A stretch of DNA of 58,440 bases, counting the filler, from Bipalium vagum (Eukaryota), in assembly GCA_037834085.1 (NCBI GenBank). It is 3 parts of 3 records of this genome, joined end to end, with 100 filler letters (N's around TTAATTAATTAA, not from the genome) between each part and the next. Parts side by side here need not be neighbours in the genome. Positions count along the whole stretch, not along the records: positions 20,896 to 42,457 come from JBBMKC010235484.1; 2 more parts are not named here. The stretch is one strand, 5' to 3'. A program made the translations under genes and the position numbers. Of this stretch, positions 27,871 to 37,600 are shown in pieces. Below the pieces are notes generated by a model that did not search any database, was not told the DNA's origin, and was given only the letters and a program-made list of their open reading frames with translations. Numbering within the stretch: position 1 is the stretch's first letter; each line of letters begins with the position of its first letter.

Positions 27871-28190
27871 CCTTTTGATACAAATAAGACCTATAATAAA
27901 GCCCACGAAACATATGTACATAAATACAAAAAATTTGCTCCTTTCGAATGAATTCTACGAAAAACCCAAAAAACATCTCGAACCATTAAATCAACACTAG
28001 AGAAAGCAAACTCAACTCTTCTCATATACCTAAAAGACAAAAAAAGACCTCTCACAATTTTTTCTTCTAAAAACAATCCCAACAAAGATCCATAATTTAA
28101 AAAAAAAGAAATTTTCTTAGGACTAGGAAGATCTATAACCACACCATTTAACAAACACCCAACAGAATTCCAAATCCGAAAAACAAAAAA
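27871..28190 (-). pseudogene. cob: NUMT (left arm): cytochrome b 5' third, fused directly to mid-nad4
   Basis: VIDLPSP..ISFF.NYGSLLG, FAFSSVDLMVRDV, IHSNGANF and YVHMFRGLYY in mt code, with small deletions and frameshifts. Confidence 0.92.
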
Positions 28191-28349
28191 CCTATTTTTT
28201 TATAAAAAATTCTATATTTATATAACCATCATTCTCCTCTAAATCCTTTTTAAACCTCATATCTATCCCCTAAGCATTAAACCAAACCAAATTTTTAAAA
28301 TATTTTCAAACTTATTTTTAATTCCAAATAAAACAATTCTTATATAAAC

Positions 28350-28742
28350 TTTAGAATTTCTTTTGGTTAACGGCCAAATATTTTTCAAACACTGTTTTAC
28401 GTTTTATTTTTCAAAATTTTAGAAAAATTTTGATAAAAGTTTTTTTTGCTCTTACATAACTAAGATAGATTTATCTAGATATTAATATTCCCAATTTTTT
28501 CAGTTTTGTAGTCTGAAGGTAAAGAAATTTATGTTTAGCTTGTATTTAATTATGTATATAATTAACATATCAAGTAATTAATAAAAAAAACCTTTAACAG
28601 TTTTAAAATCAATGATTTTTATGTTGGAAAAGTTTTTTTAAAGTTTTCTTAAAAATTAATCTTAGATTATCTAATAATATATAATACAAAAAACTACACA
28701 ACAAAATCCAAACTTTCGTGGAACACCGGTTAAGAACCACTG
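28350..28742 (+). mobile_element. Probable 3' end of a hAT (Charlie/Buster-like) element
   Basis: Ends in ggaacaccggttaagaaccactg (reverse complement CAGTGGTTCTTAACC, a Charlie-type TIR). Upstream sequence weakly resembles a hAT C-terminal dimerisation region. No partner TIR was found. Confidence 0.5.
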
Positions 28743-28877
28743 GCGTAATCAATCATCTTTTCTTTAATACTACCGTATGCAAAATTTTATTATTAAAAAA
28801 CAAGAAATACTACAAAAATGTATTGATTTCTAAATCAATCTCGTAACTTTCTCTCAGCTAAGTCATATCAATACAAA

Positions 28878-29439
28878 TTATATAGTTAAGAATTTTGCCT
28901 CATCCAGGTTAACAATTATGTCATCTAAAGTTTTTCCAAGGGTACTGACATCGTCACCACAATCTTTAAGAATTGTATTGCAATCATTTTTCCCCAAAGC
29001 GATCTTTTTACCTGTGACTGTAACTTGTTCCCTTAGTTTTGAAATATTTGCTTTAATATTGTCGATATTTTCATTAGCTTTTAATATAACCCTATGAGAT
29101 ATTAATTTTATATATATTAAAATATATACTCTTTAGTTTTTTGTTCTTCATCTAGTTCTGCTCTTAATTGTCCTAATTCTTCTTTTAATTGATCTCGGTC
29201 CAATATTAAACTAGATCTATCCCTAAATTAGATATAATTATTTATAAATATATATTTATAAATAAAAACTTTTCAGTATCTTCCAATTTCTTGCAAAGAT
29301 CATCGCGGTCGGTTTTAATTGTATTTAATAATTGAAGTTTTGAAAAAAATTGGTTATAACTAAATCCACCAAAAAATTCAGAAAATAATTTTTTATTTTC
29401 TTCGTTTTCGTTGTTTTGTTCTTTTCCTTCGTTATTCAT
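28878..29439 (-). CDS. Intact 3-exon orphan coiled-coil protein, 158 aa (exons 29439-29270, 29222-29130, 29091-28878)
   Basis: Two GT-AG introns (47 and 38 bp, both phase 2) give a 477-nt ATG-to-TAA frame with no stops: MNNEGKEQ...DRDDLCKKLEDTEKDRSSLILDRDQLKEELGQLRAELDEEQKTKEVILKANENIDNIKANISKLREQVTVTGKKIALGKNDCNTILKDCGDDVSTLGKTLDDIIVNLDEAKFLTI. It shows Leu/Ile heptads. Confidence 0.8.
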
Positions 29440-29901
29440 TATATTTTAAATTATATATATATTATTCAAACAAATATTTTTAACTATAATATAATTATTT
29501 TTAATAAATTTCTCTATTTCTTTTATAATTTTTTTTACAATTTCTTTAAGCTTTTTAATAAAAATCATAAATTACAATTAAAAAATTACAATTCATTAAA
29601 TAGTAAAAAAATTAATGCAATTAGAAATTTAGTACTTTAATTAGTGAATTAATTGGAAATTATTAGAAATAGGCTTATATTATAAATGTCAAGAATAACA
29701 AATTTAAAAAAACATTCACTTATTCTAATTTCTCTTAAACAAGAAAATCGATTTTTATAAAAGTGTATTTAATTTGAACTTTTATTGGTTCGTTTCTTTT
29801 TAAAATTTTCTCAAATTCGTATAAAATTGCTCAATAATCTTTTTGAATATTTCAAAATTTTTAAATTTTTTCTTAAAAAATAAAATTTTTATATTGAAAA
29901 A

Positions 29902-30366
29902 ATGTATTTTCTCGATGAATATAAAAACGTTCAAGATTTTAATCCTGATACTTTTCGGAGATTTTCAAAATTAAAAATTTTAGATGATTTTACAAAAGCA
30001 AAATCTTCTAATCCAACTTTAACACAAGATCAAATTGCTAAGAAAATTAAAACTTCAGTTTCAACTTTAAATCGAATTAGACAAGATTTACAAATTAAAT
30101 CTTTTTATTCTTATGATATTTCAATGAAAAAATCAAATAAAGTTCATAAAGAAGAAAATAAAAAATCTTGTAATTTTTGTAACAAATGTTTGTATGTGAA
30201 AATGAACTAAAAATTCATTTAAGAAGTTGTAAATTATCAAAAAATCAAAATTTACAAAATTCCCAAAATTCTCCAAATTTACAAAATTCTTCATATTTAC
30301 ATAATTCTTCAAATTTACAAAATTTTCAAAAATATCAATATTCACAAAATAATCAAAATTTAAATA
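29902..30366 (+). pseudogene. HTH + C2HC zinc-finger + Q/N-rich protein, 1-bp frameshift at ~30185, running into NUMT at ~30367
   Basis: NPTLTQDQIAKKIKTSVSTLNRIRQDL is an HTH. Adding one A to aacaaatg joins ORFs 29902 and 30186 into CNFCNKMFVCENELKIHLRSC (C-x2-C-x12-H-x3-C), followed by 9-aa NLQNSQNSP-like repeats. Confidence 0.7.
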
Positions 30367-30805
30367 ATGGCTCTAATTTTGGTTATTATATGGTCGGGTT
30401 CAATTTTAAGGATAGTAGGTGCTATGTTTATGAGGTTTGCTCATGGTTTGTGTTCTTCTGTTTTGTTTTTAAATCTGAAAAGGCTTTTATAAGCTCTTCT
30501 CGAAAAATAGTAATAAATTCTGAGATATTTGTATATCTTTCCTGTTTTGTATTTTTTTGGTTTCTTTTATCTGTAAAAAGGTCAGTCCCTATAAGGCTGA
30601 AATTTTTTTCTGAAGTTGTTTTAGTATTTTCTGGAGTGTGTTTTAGATTATGAAGATTAGTTTCTTTTATTTTTAAAGTTTTATTGTATAATTTTATATG
30701 TAGTTGTTTCTCATGGTAAGAAAAATTTTGTTTATAAATATAGTTTAAAAAGTGAGTTAAGATATATTATAGTTTTGGTTCTTTGGTATATTTTATATTA
30801 TAATA
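30367..30805 (+). pseudogene. nad4: NUMT (right arm): nad4 3' part
   Basis: MALILVIIWSGSIL.IVGAMFM.FAHGLCSSVLF; inverted homolog of 27351-27787. Confidence 0.9.
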
Positions 30806-30979
30806 AAAATTTATAATAAATAATAAAAAAAGAAATGTTTTTTTAAGAATTTTGAGAGGGTTTAAAAATGTAAAGTTGTGAGAAGATTTAGAAATTTTTA
30901 AAAACAAAATTTAATTCAGTAGCTTAAGTTAAAGAAGAAACTAAGGTGGATTTGTAAAATTTTTGAATTGTTTAAGAAA

Positions 30980-31372
30980 TTTATGTATATTAGGCGTTGA
31001 TTGTTTTCTTTTAAACATAAGGATATAGGTACTTTGTATTTTTTGGTTGGAACAAGATTCAGAGTCCCAATTTTGATTGAATTGGGGTTTCCTGGGATTT
31101 CTATATTGTTTAAATTAATAATTAAGTCTCATGGCTTGATTATGATTTTTTTTTATTATGCCTGTGATGATAGGTGGTTTTGGAAAATGGTTAATTCATT
31201 TAATGATGTGTATTCCGAAAATGGCTTTTCCTCGGACTAAAAATTTGAGATTTTGACTTTTTAGTATGTTCTTTGTTTTCTATGGGTGGAGTAGGAGCCG
31301 GTTGGACTTTGTATCCACCTTTAACTAGAAAAGTTTTCCAAGGAGGTGTAGGTATGGATTTTGCTATTTTTA
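30980..31372 (+). pseudogene. cox1: NUMT (right arm): cox1 5' ~150 codons, with deletions
   Basis: In mt code [53 protein letters not shown] and GVGAGWTLYPPLTSNVFQGGVGMDFAIF; frameshifted. Confidence 0.95.
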
Positions 31373-31880
31373 ATAATTATTTTCGGATGACTATTAATAT
31401 ATGTAAATTCCCTCTTTTGGACTTCTTTAAAAATAAAAATTACTTTTGGAGGGTTGTTTTTTTTTCCTAAGTATGTTCAAACTAAAAATATCTGTAAATT
31501 TTTAATTTCTCTTCAAGTGCTAATTAATTTTAATGAATGAATATTCTACTTCTTCATTAGAAAATGGTTATATCAGGAAATTTTAATTATCCAGCTCAGT
31601 CCAAACGTATTAGTCTGAACTAAATTAATTATAATCCTTTAAGTGGCTTAGGTAAAAGAATAAAAAATAATGTTTTATTTTAATATAGTAAAGGACTAAT
31701 TAAAAATTTTAGAAATTATGATAAATAATGAATTAGTATTAATTGCACATCCTTGAAAACCCTTGTAAAGTATAGGGTAGAAACCACCATAGGGCTTAAA
31801 TTGATTATTATCAATTAATTATTAAGACCACAAGAGGGTCAGAAATAATAAAAATAATAATAGTGATAGTAATAATAAAA

Positions 31881-32040
31881 AGAAGATAGATCTTAATATT
31901 TTGGTTGTAAGAAGATAGATCGTAATATTTTGGTTGTCAGAAGATAGATCTTAATATTTTTGGTTGTTAGAAGATAGATCTTAATATTTTTGGTTGTCAA
32001 AAGATAGATCTTAATATTTTTGGTTGTCAGAAGAGAGATC
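31881..32040 (+). repeat. Tandem minisatellite, ~5.4 copies of a 29-30 bp unit (agaagatagatcttaatatttttggttgtc)
   Basis: Units start at 31881, 31910, 31939, 31969, 31999 and 32029 (partial); there are no unique spacers. Confidence 0.95.
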
Positions 32041-32099
32041 GAGAAAATTTGATTTTATTTGGTGGAAGACCCAAAATTTGTTGCTATTGTCCGAAAATT

Positions 32100-32620
32100 T
32101 TCAAATTGTAAATTTATATCTATTCCCTCTATGCGACAGGAGCACACGAGGGGTCCTGTGCGGTTAGGAGGTTTCTGAGCGGACCGGATTGGACTCAGCT
32201 AACCACCCTTTGGACCTGTCGTCATAAGCGGTGAGAGTATTTAAATTGTTATTCATTTCTTTTTAATTAACTGAATTGACACTTACTCAATTTGATATTT
32301 AATTATTTAATTGTTAATTATTATTATTCTATATTTTTCAGCGTGCTGGTATTTGATTTTCGTTTTATACACAAACATTTGATTGTAGACATTTTGTTGA
32401 TTTTGAAAGATTTTGTTGTATTGTTATTTTAGCAATAAAGTGTTTTTCATAATTGTTTGATTCATTCAATTGCGTACACGTATAGGAACAAGTGAAGGGA
32501 TCAGTAACGTTACGACAGGGTTCATAGTGAATTAATATCGTAACAGTATTATTATCATTAGTAGAGTAGCAATAACTACCGGAGACCATACCCAACAATA
32601 TTTTTATCAATTTATTTTCT
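32100..32620 (-). repeat. Unclassified module, right copy (includes open Cys-rich mini-ORF 32610-32365)
   Basis: Inverted homolog of 22350-22800. ORF ..SYCYSTNDNNTVTILIHYEPCRNVTDPFTCSYTCTQLNESNNYEKHFIAKITIQQNLSKSTKCLQSNVCV has 6 Cys and a non-ATG start in the track (in-frame ATG at codon 8). Confidence 0.75.
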
Positions 32621-34670
32621 TAAAAAATGGTTTTGTGAATTTTTTAAAAAATATATCTCTAAAAAAATCATCATGACAAAATAAACAACAACAAAACACT
32701 GAAAAAATGACGATTAAAAGTATACATAATTCCAAATAAGAACTTTTAAATATTCAAGAAATTCAACAAACATATTCAAATTTATATTAAACAAGAGGAG
32801 ATCTACAATTAGCAATTATAAATAATATTTTTAAAAATAAATTTAAAACAATAAATTTTAAACAGCAGGAAATTATCCAGGAGTTTAATACAAAATTTAA
32901 AATGTAATAAAAATTAATTTAAAAAACCTTCTAATAAAACAAATGATGAGTACCAATTTACCAAGCCTGGATCGTATATTAATAAACGTTCAGAAAATTA
33001 TGATTACATAAAAATTAATTGTTATGAAACAGGAGAATAAAGTATTCTCCTGTGCCATCATAAAATTCAATTCTAATAAATAAAATTGACCAAGCAGCAA
33101 TGAAAAATGATGTAAAATATTTTTCAAAAGATTTAAAAGACCTTCATGATACTGATGTTGAAATGATACATAAAATTCAAAATCCAAAGGGAAAAAATGA
33201 TGGATTTTTAATAAAATTAACCATGAAGGGCAAGATCGCCTTATGTTTAGGATTCAAGAGTTGAAAAAATATTGCTAATGAAAAACTATTTGAAAAATAC
33301 AAATAAATAAACCAGAAAATAGAAAACAATTAGCAAAACTTTTCAGAAAGAATAGTAAACCATATATTTGTAGTTATCTCATAAAAATTATTAATTCAAA
33401 AGCAAAAAAAGTAACAATGATATAAATTATCAAGTTAATATTAAAGAAAAACAAACAATAACACTTCAATTATTAGTTAAGGTCAACAACAATAATATTA
33501 AAATAAATTATGAAATATTATTAAATAAGTTTCTTGAAATAAGAACAAAATAAAGAAAACATCAATACTTTTTTATCCCGTTCTGATCCTCAGACTATTA
33601 ATTAATCCTTACGGTTCACTCAGAAATATTCTACTGATGGGAAATCTGAACACAATTCTACTGTATAAAAATAGAATATATTTAATAATTTGTTTTTCAA
33701 AAGGTAAATAACTCTGGAATCATTCAACTCAAAGATTATTCTTCTGACGTGGTAATAAAAAACAAATTTTGGACTTTAAAATTTTCAGAATTAGACTTCT
33801 AAATTTATTTTTAATCTGAATCTCACAATTAGGTCCTCATTTTTCTGCAGAACTGGAAGTAAGTTGCGGAGATATATATTAAACTTTGTTACCTATTAAT
33901 TTATAAAAATTCTCTTTTATTCGAATAAAAATTCATTGATTATGCAACAATTTCTAATTAAAGTATGAAAATTTCTTTTTAAGAAAATTTGAAATTATTA
34001 TGAAAATTCTAGAATATTTCAATTATTCTTCAGGTAATATAAATTTTAAGAGTTTTATTTTCAAAATATTTTAAAATATTTTTTACAAAAATTTTAAATT
34101 TTAATGAAGATTCTTTTTATTTTATTTTTATGTTTATTGTAATGTTTCTTTTAGTATCTGTATTTTTCAGCCCTTATAAATATTCTTTCAGGTTGTGCTT
34201 ATGGACAAGCCCAAAAATTTGAGAAAATAACGAAGAATAGTTTCGTAAAGTATAGTTTTTAAGAGGAATTAAATTTTCATAATAGATTTTAAAATTTGAA
34301 TAATACAATAAATAATAATTTAATAGTAATAATTAATTTGGTCTTTTCGTTTAATAAAAAATTTTGTTTTTTTACGCAAACAAAAGATTCTATCCGTTTA
34401 TTAAAAATAATGAAAATAAATAATTAATTACCAAAATGGATTAAAAAACAGGACAAACTTATGAAAAATTATTTAAGATCAATGAACTTAAATATCAATA
34501 TGTACTTTTCTTTCAATTACTCAAATAGAATATTAATAATAGATTTTCGTGTATTTTAATTTTAATATAAATGTTAATGAAAATCTTTGAATTGTTTATT
34601 CTGGAATGAACTGGCTGATTTTCTACTGTTTTACTTTATTTAATTTTTCCGCTAGTTTTAAAATATAATT

Positions 34671-37600
34671 ATGATTTTAATTTTTTTAAGTAAGTATTAT
34701 ACGTCTTCAAATTTTATTAAATAATAATAATGATATAAATCCGTTAGATGTCTTTGGATTTTGGTTTTCATCAGTATTTAGTAATGTAATTGAATTAGAT
34801 TCCAAGTAATTGCATATTTTAGTTATATATTTTAATTGAATGAAGTTTTAATGAAATAATAAATAATGGTCCGTGGTTAGTTAAAGTAATTTAAACCCCT
34901 CTTAATTTTAAATTTTACAACAATATTTCTAGTTCTATGCACCTTGGTGTGGATATTGTAGAAAACTGGAACCGATTTATAACGACTTCGAAATCCAAGT
35001 GAAAAATATCCCGGTTAAAGTTGGTCGCATTGATGCTACTAGATATCCTGAAGTTGCATCACATTATCAGATTCGCGGTTATCCAACTATTAAATAGTAT
35101 GATTGATTTGGATAATATGTTTTTAATAATGATAGCATTAATGGAACTGATGTATTCACACACGAGGGCGACCGCACTGTAGAGCATTTGATATTGTTCA
35201 CAAAAAGAGCATTAGGGTATATCTTACAGTTTTATAAATTTCTTGGAAATGTATGAATGATTTTAACAATTCACCAAGAAGTCACGTTTTTATTATCATG
35301 AAGTATAGCAATACATAAATTTTTATCGATATCAGACTGGCTGTCAAGCATTTACCGAGCGAGGGCAGATTTATCGAAACAGTTGAATCCCATTTATCCG
35401 AGACTTTTTTCCTTCACATTGGTCAACGCTCTGGCTATCTGAAGGTCAGTGGTAGACTTGTTAAGATTCTTGTGCCTTAATATTTTCAGGCTGTCTATGA
35501 CGATTTGGCGAATTTACTGAGGTTGCGTTCCTATTTTTATTCAATTGAGCAACACTTTATTCCTCAGGTAACCGATTTCGTCATAATTTAATCAATAATT
35601 TGATTATTTATATTCTAAATATCTATGTTGTTTGTAAGTAAACATGTCTAACTAACCTGGTTTATTTTTATTCCTGTTTTTGGATACGCCCAATTTTATA
35701 TATTAAGTTTCTGTAATTATTAAGTCTCTTTATTTTCGTTTTACCTGGGTTTCCGCTTTTATGCATTCACAAGGATCAACCCTTCCTTGATTTTTATATT
35801 ACCCATCTTACTTTGTAATAATCAATAATCTTATTTACAATTTGATAAGTAGTAATAGCAATTAGTTTGAAATTTTAATTATTTTAATGAATATTTTAAA
35901 ATTATTTAATAAAATTATGATTTTATTTCAGTATTTTAAATAAAAATTAATTAAAACAAAAATTAGAAAAAATCAGAAAATAAATCAATACATAAAATTC
36001 TGAATAATTTTTAAATTAAGTTTAGCGTATCTCAAAAATTTTTACTCGATAAATCGATTTTTAAATATCATATGAAAAATATTGATCTTTTTAATTTACA
36101 TGTAAAACGACGGAATTCGTTTCTTTTAATACAGGGTGATTCATAAGTAACGCACATTTTGAATACTTAATTTTATTGAGTTAATTTTAAATTATATAAT
36201 TTTTAATGATATTTTAATAAATTAATTTTGAAATATTATGTTCAATCATTATAAGAATTTTGTTTTATTTTAGTCAAAATCGTGATATCCTTTGAAGATC
36301 CAATTTTCCTCATAAAATGTTATTATTCAAGTGGAGAAAGTCCAACAATAGCTTTGCGCAAATTTAAAATGGAACGTGGTCTAATAAAGGAATTATTCAC
36401 GACTCAGAGCATAAAAATATTGGATGATAAATTGGAAAGAATGGATAGTGTCAATGATATATGTAAATCTTGACGATCATTTTTGGAAAATGATCGATGT
36501 GGAATCAATGGAAGAATCTTTGAAACGCAGTGTATCAGAATGTGACTGAAACTCCACTAGAACAATTTCAGATCCCCCAGTCCAGTGTCCATGGCATTCT
36601 TCGAAAAACCCTGAAACTGTTTCCTTTCAAATTTACTTTGCTGCAAGAGCTGAAATCAACCGATAGACTATTGTAACTCAATTTCGCAAAATGGCTTTTC
36701 GATATTCGAGAAATTTTGGACAACAATTTGTGTAACAATGAATGCCATTTTTATATGAATGGTGATAGAAACACCAAAAACTGTGAAATCTAGTCTACGC
36801 ACAACCTAATAGCCTACATCACAATTCCTGCGCATTCACAGAAGATGATAGTGTGAATTGGAGTATCCAAACATTCCAATATTACTCCTTTTATCTTCCA
36901 AGAAACTGTGAATGGTGAACATTATCTTTCGATGCATAGACATCATATTCTCCCGGAATTGAGGAAAAAACGAAAAGTTCGTTCAACATTATTTATGCAG
37001 ACTGGTGCACCTGCACACATCTCCTTTGATGTGAAGGTATTTCTGTCAGAAAAATATTGATAATAATCATGTGATCAGCCGGCATTTGCCTTACTTTTGG
37101 CTTTTTCATTCTTCAGACTGGCTTTGAGGTCACATTAAGCAACAGTGTATCAACAGGATTCGCAAAATACCAAACAGAAGTTAATTTGTAGTTAAGTTAA
37201 TTTGAAGTTAATTTTGTAGTTTGACTCTACTTTTTGTATATTATATTGAGTTTTAATTGTGTGACTTATGCATCACTATTTTAAAAAAAATTATTCTTCC
37301 AGTCTTTTTTTTATTAGGTGGTTCAAAAAAATAATGCCGCTTTTCATGAAAATTTATTTAAAAGTTAATTTAACATTTTTTAATTTATCATTTAAAAGCG
37401 TATATTTCAATCTACATTCTGGTAATATTAATTTATTATATAAACTAAAAATTATATATTTAATTAACATAGAACGTAAGATGGAAAAGAAACAATTACG
37501 ACCAATTTTTTATATGAATATAAACTAAGCCATAATGCAGCAGAAGTCAGTCATAATATTAATAATGCATTCGGCGAAGGAACAGGTAACAAGCGGATGC

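Noticed and set aside
27068-31372. Functional mitochondrial genes or a mitochondrial contig
   Set aside because: Frameshifts, deletions and interleaving with spliced nuclear genes and transposons show these are NUMTs.
31881-32040. CRISPR-like 29-30 bp repeat array
   Set aside because: Units are contiguous with no unique spacers, there are no cas genes, and the context is eukaryotic.
32700-33560. Possible LINE endonuclease relic (A-rich strand, coding-like)
   Set aside because: Too degraded to identify any diagnostic motif.
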